The notes under the pieces: generated by a model
Told to the model about the DNA's origin: nothing
What the model saw: only the letters and a program-made list of their open reading frames with translations
Databases searched by the model: none
Assembly (NCBI RefSeq): GCF_000143415.4
Contig: NW_003314350.1
Span: forward strand, 784,156-797,443
Direction of reading: 5' to 3'
Length of the DNA stretch: 13,288 nucleotides
Source of the DNA: Selaginella moellendorffii
Lineage: Eukaryota; Plantae; Lycopodiophyta
Translations under genes and position numbers: made by a program
Part shown: one piece after another, positions 1 to 8,861 of the stretch
Layout of the letters: every line of letters starts with the position of its first letter
Position numbering within the stretch: position 1 is the stretch's first letter

Positions 1-2180
1 AAGGCAAACCCAACTTCAATATGGAACCTATGAGCCAAAAGGCCTTGGCCAACAACTTCTAACGATTAGAATAATGAGCACAAAATTTGAAGAACCAAAA
101 GTTTGAAGAAGTCTATAGCCAAGTTTTGCCTAACAATGATCATGAGTTTCACATGAACTAACTTCAATGCTAAAGAAGAAATCATGGTATAACCATTAAT
201 ATCCTTCTCAACACATCCATAAGTTAAACTTCATAATGCAAAGCTAATGAAGAGCATGTCTACATCAATCTAAAAGCTAAGCACAACAAAGTTATGCTCA
301 ACAAATGATCATCTAATCGATCCTCCATGAATCCATCTATAACAAGACGTAACTCACTTCATAACAAACACAAAAAAAATCATCAATAATCAATATATTC
401 AAACTCAAATCCAACAAGGATTCAAACATTCCAATATTGATCACTAACTCTTCTTTCATGAAGATAGGAAAGTCTATGACTAAATCATTTTTCAAGGAAA
501 AGCTAAAGCTCAACCCTTATTAAACAATCTTGTCTAAAACACAACTCAATTTACCATTCAGCTCATTTGAATGCCAATATAGTTGCTAACTAACAAATAC
601 ACAGCTACTAATAACATAGAGCTACAGCCCAAGCATCAACACTATTTATATTGAGACTAATGAAATTCAATATCAATCCCACGAAGAGATATCTCATTTC
701 ATTTGAATCTCAATATCAACAATGTCAATGACAAAGCATCACTTTAATGCCACTAACACCATAACAAAGCTAATAAAAAGCAAGAGTGAATCACTACTTA
801 AAACTTTTTAGCAACCAAGCTAACCAAAGTCAAAAATACTATACTTAGTATCCGGGACCAATCTTTCAACAATATTTAGGTAACACATTATCAAGGAGTG
901 ATTCACCATATCCAAGACTCAATGGAATCTAACACCACGGATTATACGTAACTAAATGATATCGACAGAGGAATCGATTTGCCAACATGGAAAACCATGT
1001 AAGTCTAATAACACGATCCTCCACAACACCATTTGGTAAAGCAAACCCACCACTGATAAATCTTTATTGAGTGAGGTGAGTGTCAATAGTCCTTGACAAA
1101 GTCAACAAACAATCACTAGTCACAGAGCAACCAACAATCACTTTTCAACTTGCCTTCATAAGACCCAAACACTAAACTCACGTTATCAAGTCATATACTT
1201 GTCCAATACGAATGTAATGTCCCAAATACAAGATAAAAGTTCATAGACAAGCACGAACTAAATGACTACTTGAATTCAACTCAACCACACTAAATTCACT
1301 AACACATCTAGCCAATAGCTCTGAGCATGCCTTGAAAAGGCTAGCTATGCATGATCAACACTTAGTTGAAACTAAAGTGAAGACCATAAGATGGACTTAT
1401 ATGGTACACAACCTCCTCATAAATAAGCTATAGTAAGGGTACTAACATCTCAACTTCATACAACTAAATTGGACATCACCATCCTCAGCCAAGGCGAAGG
1501 GCCAAGTCAAGATTAGTGAGAGCTCACTACTCTCATAGAGTTTAAATGAAATGCAAGATGCAACTTGCCACTAAGCACAATGCTACAGAAGAAAGGCATA
1601 AGGGTCACTTTTCTAGAAAAGCGTAACAACTAATTTTTTACACCAACTTCAAACTCTATTCAACTCAATTGCTTTAGCCCCAAAAGTTAGCATCCCTTTC
1701 AGTTTACATCATACAAACTACCTACTAAGGTTTAAGCTAACTGAAGTCAACTCTAACCCCTTTACTAGTTTGTACTAACTTACGAAAACAAAATGGTTTT
1801 CAAGCAAAGTGATCAATAGATTAGCCATTAAAAATGCTTAAGAAAATTTGTGGAAATTTTTTAATCCTGAAGAAAGAATGACTCTCAATCTAAAAATGCA
1901 AACTTTCAAGACTCAACAAACTTCTTCCTACCAACAACTTCACATAGGTTTACCTCAACACAAATTTTCATGACCCCTAGTTTATTTAAGCATCGAACAT
2001 CTTGCCCATATTTTCAACATCTAACACTAACATCCGTAAAATGCAAAATGAACATCTAAGGCTTAGTCATTAAGACCATATCTTTGGATATTCATATTGC
2101 ACTAAACCTTTTCTTCAATCGCTTTCAAGATCTAATGTGAAGCCAAAACACTAACAAGAAAAAATGACATGGAAAATTAA

Positions 2181-2184
2181 GCTC
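2181..2184. repeat. Left target-site duplication GCTC (partner at 7163-7166)
   Basis: Left junction is aattaaGCTC|TGTGAG. The empty paralogous site aatcaaGCTCtaagg (13184-13187) has only one copy. Confidence 0.88.
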
Positions 2185-2345
2185 TGTGAGGGGCAAGTGT
2201 ACGACTACGATGCCGTATATCAATATTAGCGTAGTGGGATTTTGGTAGCTGTCGGATTGGTTTCAATCCGGACCACTCGCTCCTGTATATAAGCTAGGTT
2301 TTTGGGTTAATTGATATGCATATTTCTGTATTCCCTTTCCATATT
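2185..2345 (+). repeat. 5' LTR of the gypsy element (161 bp; lacks the last 13 nt present in the 3' LTR)
   Basis: Aligns to 6988-7149 with 12 substitutions and one 1-nt indel (counted by eye). It is followed directly by the PBS. Confidence 0.95.
2286..2292 (+). promoter_or_regulatory. Putative TATA box of the gypsy LTR promoter (also 7089-7095)
   Basis: TATATAA is conserved in both LTRs about 100 nt from the LTR start. Confidence 0.6.
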
Positions 2346-2361
2346 TGGTGGAGGTGAGGGG
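2346..2361 (+). promoter_or_regulatory. Primer binding site, complementary to the 3' end of tRNA-Ala
   Basis: TGGTGGAGGTGAGGGG lies immediately after the 5' LTR. Its reverse complement CCCCTCACCTCCACCA resembles the eukaryotic tRNA-Ala 3' end (..CCCCGCA(C/T)CTCCA-CCA, from memory). Confidence 0.75.
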
Positions 2362-2396
2362 CATATTTGATTGTCCCTGGGGAGTGCTTGGATTTG

Positions 2397-2530
2397 GGAT
2401 TTTGGTTTAGATCTAGCTTTTGCATCGTCTAGATCCAGCTTCTTCCATTTCCTTTTTCTTGTTCTTTCCTTTCAGGATTTTGGTTTAGATCTAGCTTTTT
2501 GCATTGTTTAAGATCTACCACTTCCTTCCA
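2397..2530 (+). repeat. Imperfect direct repeat (period about 78 bp) in the gypsy 5' leader
   Basis: GGATTTTGGTTTAGATCTAGCTTTT(T)GCAT occurs at 2397 and 2475, each followed by a pyrimidine-rich tract. Confidence 0.85.
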
Positions 2531-2674
2531 GCTTTTTGTCATTTCTTTTCTTTTGCTCTTTCTTTTCCATTCATCTTCATAGCAGATTAGCAATCTCCTC
2601 CTTTGACTCTAGAGCAGTAGTTGGTTCAATTGCTTGATGCTACGTGCTTGCAATTGAATAACCAAACTCAATTG

Positions 2675-3490
2675 ATGGCAGCATTCACGGCCCGTGGTTC
2701 AACTCCTGCTCTTGGTGCCAATCCTCGCGTTCGGCCGGAGTTTTTTCGTGGGAATCTTGGAGATGATGTGTACCATTGATTCGATCACTTCATAGTGATT
2801 GCCACATATCATTCTTGGGATGATACTCGACGTTTGCGTGAGTTCCCCACGTGTCTCCAAGGGACAGCATTGCAGTGGTACAATGGATTGAGTGCAGCCA
2901 CTCATGGCGATTGGAGTGTTCTTCCGGACGTCTTCAAACGCGCCTTTGGACACGCCGACGATTGTGATGATGCCTTCTAACAATTGCATCATCTTCGCCA
3001 AGGGCCATTTGAGTCGGTGATGCAATTTGGCGTTCGTTTCCAAAGTCTTTTGCTTTGTGCGGAGCCCAATATGTCGGAGCGGATCAAGCTAGGAATGTTG
3101 TGGCCAGCACTTCGTCAAGATCTTGTTGGACTTGTGCATGCACTTGCTTGTGCCACCCTTAACAATGCTCTTCGCTTGGCACAACGTTATGAGATGTCGC
3201 TTCTTCCACTTCTCGCTACACGTCCTTCAGCTCCACTTCCTATGAGTGATAGTCCTGTTTCAATGGAGGTTGATGCTGCTGCTACTTAAGTCCAAGGATA
3301 AGGGTGAGGACGTGGTCGTGGCCGTGATGTTCGTTGCTGGGCGTGTGATGAAGTTGGTCATACTTATCAGTGTTGTCGGCGCTTTCCGGATTGGCGACCT
3401 CCATTTCCTGGGTGGAGACCTTGGCGTCAGCAACGTCCCGTTGGTGCTGATACCGAGGTGCATCCGGGAAATGAGGAGTCGCGCGAGTAA
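2675..3490 (+). pseudogene. gag: gag (capsid plus CCHC nucleocapsid) with 5 premature stops
   Basis: One frame from ATG 2675 reads MAAFTARG..RPEFFRG..DDVYH*FDHF..WDDTRRL..LQGTALQWY..LRQGPFESV..GRGRGR..CWACDEVGHTYQCC. The CX2CX4HX4C knuckle is at 3335-3376 and the terminal TAA is at 3488-3490. Internal stops are at 2777, 2978, 3287, 3299 and 3305. Confidence 0.92.
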
Positions 3491-3527
3491 CGGAGGGACC
3501 TTGCGCGAATAAGTTAGTGACCCCTCC
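3466..3527 (+). promoter_or_regulatory. -1 programmed ribosomal frameshift signal (slippery heptamer plus pseudoknot)
   Basis: G GGA AAT (3466-3472) is in gag phase, followed by a 6-nt spacer. Stem 1 is TCGCGCGAG (3479-3487) with CTTGCGCGA (3500-3508). Stem 2 is GGAGGG (3492-3497) with CCCTCC (3522-3527). The protease DTG motif is in the -1 frame. Confidence 0.82.
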
Positions 3528-3633
3528 ATCTTTCTTTCGGGAGTATCATCAAGGGGTTCACTTGGCACCGGTTCATCCAGTGTTTACTTTCCAAGCTCGT
3601 TTTAATAACAAGAGGTCTTCTATTCTTCTCTCC

Positions 3634-3890
3634 GTGTTGGTTGATACAGGTTCGAGTTTATCTTCTATTGCTCCGACCTGTTGCCACACGTTGTCATCTA
3701 CACTTGCGTCGTGCGGCGGATCCAGTTTTCATTCTTTATGGCAACGACCATACACATGCATGTGCACGAGATGAGGCAGACTTGGTTGTGCGTGTGGGCG
3801 ATCTCAAGCTTGAGTTGCAGTCATTGTGGGTGGTGCTGAATCAAGCTTTTAACCTCATTCTTGGTATGGATTAGTTGCAGCGCAATCATG
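3634..3890 (+). pseudogene. Aspartic protease domain of pol
   Basis: VLVDTGSSLS (DTG at 3643-3651) and the C-terminal LILGMD*L motif. The two motifs are in different frames. Confidence 0.88.
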
Positions 3891-4169
3891 CCAAGTGTGA
3901 CTTTGAGTCTTCTCCCTCTTGTCTTATACTTCCTTATGTTTCATCCATTCCTCTCACTTCCATACCTCTTTGTCCCTTTACTTCTACCTCTGCTTCTATT
4001 ACTTTTATTTCCCCACTATTTCCTCCTATGTTTCTATCTTGTTCTACTTTTCCCTTTTCCGATCCCTCCAAAGATCTTTGTGTTGTAGCTGTTGATCGGC
4101 TCATGAAGGAGTATTCTGATCTCTTTGAATTTGACCTATCTTCTGGGGCCAAGATTGCCACACGTCATT

Positions 4170-4830
4170 CGATTCCAACCAGGGATGCTCGTCCAATCAA
4201 GGTTCCTATTCGTCGTCGGTCACCCAAGGAGATCAAGATTTTACGTGCAAACGTCAAGGAGATGTTGGAGAAGGGTGTTATTCGGAAGTTGCGGAGTCCT
4301 TGGGCATGTGAACCTCATCTTATGACAAAGCCTGATGGGAGTATTCGTTTCTGCATTGACTATCGTTCGTTAAATGAAGTGATGATCCCGGATGTGTACC
4401 CTCTTCCTCACACGGCTGATCTCTTGGATCGTCTAGGGTGAAGTCGTTGGTTCACCAAGCTCGATCTTGCTTCTGGGTACTGGCAAGTACCGATGGCCGA
4501 AGAAGATATTCCTAAGACTGCTTTTCGTACACCATTTGGTTTGTACGAGTTCTTGGTGATGCCGTTTGGTTTGAACAATGCTCCCGCAACTTTCTAGTGG
4601 ATGATGGATGAGGTTCTTTGTGATATGCCAGAGGTGACTGCTGACTTCATTGATGATGTCTTGATTCACTCGGAGGGGACGTGGGAGGAGCACATTCGTG
4701 ATGTGTGTAAAGTGTTGGATCGGCTACGGGACGTTGGTTTAAAGCTGAAGCGGTCGAAGTGCGTGTTTAGATCCAAGGACACAATTTATCTTGGGTACCG
4801 TATTTCTCGTGAAGGTTTGCAAGTTGATCC
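4170..4830 (+). pseudogene. Reverse transcriptase domain of pol (approximate limits)
   Basis: Motifs [68 protein letters not shown] (4646-4657) and SKCVF..YLGY. Confidence 0.96.
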
Positions 4831-5044
4831 TGAAAAACTTGTAGTCGTTCTAAAGTTCCCTACTCCGAAGTGTATGAATGATGTGTAGTGCTTCCTGGGC
4901 AAGGTGCAGTATCTTGGTTGTTTTGTGGATCATCTTTCTGATCACACTGCACCGTTGCAAGCGTTGCTAAAGTCATCAATGTCATCTTTCATCTGGTCTT
5001 TAGATTGTGAGCAGGCATTTGTGAATCTCAAAAAGCTGTTAACG

Positions 5045-5452
5045 ACTCCTCCGGTTTTGGCATATCCTGACTACACTCGACCTTTTATTTTGCACGTAGA
5101 TGCTTCTGATATTGGTCTTGGAGGTGTGTTGATGCAAGAAAGCCCGAGTGTACCTAGTCAGCATCATCCCATTGCATATATAAGCCGTACGTTACAACCA
5201 GCAAAAGTGAACTACTCCACGACAGAGAAGGAGTGTTTAGCGGCAGTTTGGGGTTTCGAGAAACTTCATGCATATCTACATGGTTCTCAAACGTTACTTG
5301 AAGGTGACCATGCTGCCGTTACTTCATTATTGAAGTGGAAGAACCTGGTTAGTCGTACTGCTCGGTGGGCTTTGAAGCTTCAGATATATAATTTTGATGT
5401 TGTTCATCGCCCAGGGAGTTCTATGGCTGATGCTGATGCCCTTTCTTGAGCT
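5045..5452 (+). pseudogene. RNase H domain of pol (approximate limits)
   Basis: Motifs PVLAYPDYTRPFILHVDASDIGLGGVL, PIAYISR, NYSTTEKECLA, GDH, ARWAL and ADALS. Confidence 0.95.
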
Positions 5453-5779
5453 CCTCTTCCTTCTCCGCTCTCTTATCATGTTTCTGATGAGCCTGTTGTT
5501 CCAGCATCTATGGATTTTCTAGATAAGGATTTTGTGCCATCGGCGGTTGTTGTACTTGACGTTCAGTGTCCACAAGGCGCAGAGCAAGATCTACCTTCTC
5601 TTGATGAGGTTCGTAAGGCTCAAAAGATTGAGCCGTGGATTCGAAGGCTTTGAGATGCATTTGAGAATCTTGCATCACTTGCTGATGACTTGCCTTTTCG
5701 GCATTTACATTCTCAATATCGTCTTGAAGATGGCCTCCTTTATTTTGTGGGGACGGATCCTGATGATCCTTTACGGCTA

Positions 5780-6860
5780 GTGGTTCCTTCTATCTTTATT
5801 CCGCGGTTTCTCCATGCCTACCATGATTCTCCTGTTCTAGGTGGGCATATGGGACATCGTCGTGTGACCGAGAAGCTGCGCAAGTCTTTCTATTGGCTGG
5901 AGATGCGACGTGATGTTATCCAGTATGTGTGTAGCTGCGTTTGGTGCCAAGCTCATAATACTCCCCCTTGTGCTGCGGAAGGACGGTTGGAGTCAATTGC
6001 AGTTTCCTGTCCGTTTGAGTTAGTGGCGTTTGATCTTATAGGACCTTTTCCACGGTCGACTGCTGGCAATGAGTATGTTATTATTGCTTCTGACTACTTG
6101 ACTCGTTGGGTGGAAGTTGGTGCTCTTGCTAGCTCCTCTGCAACTACTGTTGGATACTTCCTCCTCAATCGAGTGGTGTTCCAGCATTCTTGTCCAGAGC
6201 GGATTCTTTCGGATAATGGTCCTGCATTTATGGCTGAGGTATTTCATGTTTTGACATCTCGGTTGGGGATACGCCACACTTTTACGAGTGCTTATCATCC
6301 ACAATCAGACGGTCTGGTGGAACGGCTCGTTCGGACATTCAAAGGGATGATTGCGAAGTATGTGAACTTTCAGCATTCAGATTAGGATGGTTATTTGCCG
6401 TCTCTTCAGTATGCTTATGTCACAGGGGTGCAGAGTTCTATTGGTGCTTCACCATATAAACTTCTATATGGTCATGATCCAATATTACCAACGGAGCTGG
6501 GTTTACCTTCGCGATTACCACGAGCTCCTGATGCTAGGTCATGGGATCAATATTTGACGAGCATTCTTCCACTTGTCCGAGCAGAGTCTGCCGAACACTT
6601 AGGCCGCGTACAAGTGGGACAACAACAGCGCTACAACTCCCATCATCATCCATCTACAGAGTACAAAATGGATGATTTGGTGTTAGTCCATTTTCCCCAT
6701 CTTACGGTATGTGGTTTATCTAAGGGGCTCCTTGCGCAGTGGAAAGGACCGTATCGGGTGTTGCGGCAAGTTGGACCGCAAGTTTATGAGGTTCGACATG
6801 ACGTTCAGCAGGCCGATCCTCCAAAGATTGTGCATGTGCAACAGTTGAAACGTTTCATAA
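5780..6860 (+). pseudogene. Integrase domain of pol (HHCC, DDE, GPY/F; no chromodomain; approximate limits)
   Basis: Motifs YHDSPVLGGHMG..CVWC, FDLIGPF, SDNGPAF, YHPQSDGLVER and WKGPYRV..VHVQQLK. Only a short Pro-rich tail follows before the PPT. Confidence 0.95.
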
Positions 6861-6972
6861 AAAGGGATCAGGAGCAGTTAATACCGTCTACAGATCCGCC
6901 GATGCCTCCTCTTGACGTTCCTCCAGATCCCAGCCCATCTACAAGAGAACCCTGACAAGCTTCCATTATTCC

Positions 6973-6984
6973 GAGAGGAGGGGA
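6973..6984 (+). promoter_or_regulatory. Polypurine tract of the gypsy element
   Basis: GAGAGGAGGGGA, ending 3 nt upstream of the 3' LTR. Confidence 0.9.
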
Positions 6985-6987
6985 TAT

Positions 6988-7162
6988 TGTGAGGGGCAAG
7001 TGTACGGCTATGATGCCGTATACTAATATTAGCGTAGTGGGATTTTGGTAACCGTTAGATTGGTTTCAATCTGGACCACTCGCTCCTATATATAAGCTAG
7101 GGTTTTTGGGCTAATTGATATGCACATTTCTGTATTCCCTTTCCATATTCCAGGCACTCACA
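6988..7162 (+). repeat. 3' LTR of the gypsy element (175 bp)
   Basis: Reads TGTGAGGGGC...GCACTCACA, preceded by the PPT and followed by the TSD GCTC. Confidence 0.95.
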
Positions 7163-7166
7163 GCTC
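7163..7166. repeat. Right target-site duplication GCTC
   Basis: Right junction is CTCACA|GCTCtaggaaaaattcc, after which homology to 13188 onward resumes. Confidence 0.88.
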
Positions 7167-8563
7167 TAGGAAAAATTCCTCATCACTCGAAATAACAATG
7201 CCACTTCCACTAACACAAGTGCTAGCAATGTCAATGCCTCAACTACACACCTTCTCTATCCAATAATCTACTCCAAGTGCTAATAGATCAACTGATAAGC
7301 CGTAACAAACCTTTTCTAACACTTTATGGGAAATAAGGAATTGAGTTAAGCTTAGCATAATGGATCATCATTGAGAATCCAATCAAAGTTACTATAATGT
7401 TACTACGTGCAAGTAGGCTAACTTCACCATCAATCACTTTGGAGTTGATCATTGTTTAACTAAGCAACTTCGCAAATACATTACTTATTATCATATGGAT
7501 ATGATATAAAAAATCACAATGACTTAATCAACAATTGAGCAACACCACAAGCAATGCCTATATCACTACTATAAAGGTTTATATGAGTATCAAGTGCCAA
7601 CTCGATTCGATAAAATGCAACATAAAAGCCACACTCCACTAATAGAGATTTATGACACCTAACACCATTAGCTTTTATTCACAATATGGATAAGCTTATG
7701 CAACTCTCTTTTTGACCAAACTCAAAACTAATCTAACACCAAGTTATTCAAGGAGTAATAGTAAGGTTCCCTAGAAAAGAATTGAGCATTGTAACCCAAG
7801 TTTTTAATAGCAAGCCTAGACAAAATGGTTTAGCGTTTCACTGCTATCCATCCCATGATTCACCACTTGTAAGACCATCACTTCCAATATGCATTAAGGT
7901 AGAGACTCTTGATTGCATGATGTGGACACGAGCAATGAGTCACACCTCATTGTGAATCATCTTTCCAAAAAGAGAAGATGATTTACGTGTTTGATCCTTC
8001 GTCCTTAATGACTCTCTTTTTGGTCTCATCTTTGACCAAACCTCAATCTTGTTTTCGCACTACCTTTAGTCCAATCCAAGATAAGTTTATGAGAGAGTGC
8101 AGCAATGACTACTTGAACTAATAAGCTAATCCCTACAATCTTTATAATCATGCCTAAGAAGGATCCATTAGTGCTGTGCTAAACAGTTATAGACCAACCT
8201 ATTTACCACTCATAGCAAACCTAGGGAAGATTTACTTTTACCTATGATACATGGAACAACTCATGGAACCACTGGTAAGCTAACATTAATCTTGCCAACT
8301 CAAAGCGTAACCTTGAGTTGCTAATGTGCCTCACTCACGAGCCCAAATGCAAACTCGTACTAATAGAACATCTTAGTCCATCTTATGAGCCCAAGAGCAA
8401 TCTCACATAATAGGGTACAAAAAGGTAACCAATCCATACCCAAGGAACAATTGCGAAGCCTTTGCACACAAATGTGTACTTACTTGGATCATCATTTTCA
8501 TCTCTGCATATACAACGAGACTATTTGCCCAATCTTATTGGATAGTATTTGTCGAGACTCATC

Positions 8564-8574
8564 CTCTGATACCA
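8564..8574 (-). promoter_or_regulatory. Primer binding site for tRNA-iMet (copy A)
   Basis: Plus-strand CTCTGATACCA is TGGTATCAGAG on the minus strand, 2 nt from the LTR end. This is the standard plant tRNA-iMet PBS. Confidence 0.92.
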
Positions 8575-8576
8575 AA

Positions 8577-8861
8577 TGTAGTGCACGTGATTTTTACCTT
8601 TTATCCTATGGTGATTTACCATAAGATAACCACAGAAGCGGAACCTAAACCCCCTATGTGCCACATGTCATATGCCACATGCCACATGCCATGTGTCCAA
8701 AGGACAGTGGTGCAGAACCCGAGTTTCAGGGCCTTGGGCCACTGAACGAAAGAATAGTGCCAAACTCCTAAGCTGGAGTGAAGGAACTGGACCACGGAGT
8801 AACTCCCAACAGCCCAAGGAGCGAAGGAACAACTATGCTCGACCTACCCACTATCCCTACT
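8577..8861 (-). repeat. Partial 5' LTR of copy A (U5-side 285 bp)
   Basis: Homologous to 8862-9396 except for a missing block of about 235 bp (roughly 9133-9367). It stops abruptly at CCCTACT, where LTR B begins. Confidence 0.88.

Larger units (their letters stand above)
3466..6955 (+). pseudogene. pol: pol polyprotein (protease-reverse transcriptase-RNase H-integrase) with 8 premature stops and 1 frameshift
   Basis: ORF fragments 3517-, 3641-, 3875-, 4601-, 4904-, 5690- and 6395- join into one polyprotein. Stops are at 3472, 3872, 4439, 4595, 4886, 5447, 5651 and 6383, with one frame change near 3672-3680. Confidence 0.95.
2185..7162 (+). mobile_element. Ty3/gypsy (Metaviridae) LTR retrotransposon, non-chromovirus type, full length but inactivated
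   Basis: Terminal direct repeats start TGTGAG (2185, 6988) and the element ends CTCACA (7162), giving TG..CA ends with a 6-bp terminal inverted repeat. It is flanked by a GCTC duplication and has a PBS, a PPT, gag, and pol in the gypsy order PR-RT-RH-IN. The paralogous empty site is visible at 13184-13187. Confidence 0.97.
1..8861 (-). mobile_element. Copy A of a non-autonomous (LARD-like) LTR retroelement; interrupted by the gypsy element at 2185-7166 and running off the left edge
   Basis: On the minus strand an LTR end (..CTACA at 8577), a 2-nt spacer and the PBS TGGTATCAGAG are followed by an ORF-less internal region that is colinear with copy B. Confidence 0.8.

Noticed and set aside
3246-5780. 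Alternative-frame plus-strand ORFs (3246-3512, 3861-4088, 4125-4325, 5532-5780), including a hydrophobic 75-aa peptide
   Set aside because: They are off-frame readings of gag/pol. The Leu/Phe richness of 3861-4088 comes from the pyrimidine-rich PR-RT spacer, not from an env or membrane gene.
2699-6304. Minus-strand ORFs (2699-3043, 3260-3568, 3934-4161, 4433-4693, 6020-6304) as antisense genes
   Set aside because: They are short shadows of gag/pol with no recognisable motifs.
2675-6955. Fungal RIP as the cause of the transitions
   Set aside because: Changes include CpG and CpC contexts, many CpA/TpG sites remain, and the neighbouring element has a plant-type PBS. Methylation-driven deamination fits better, although the host is not proven.
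6860-6987. Chromodomain or env-like third ORF after integrase
   Set aside because: Only about 30 Pro-rich codons separate the GPY/F module from the PPT, leaving no room and showing no motif.
7701-8046. Short repeated motif ACTCTCTTTTTG..TTTGACCAAA at about 7703 and 8011
   Set aside because: Too short and low in complexity to support a claim.
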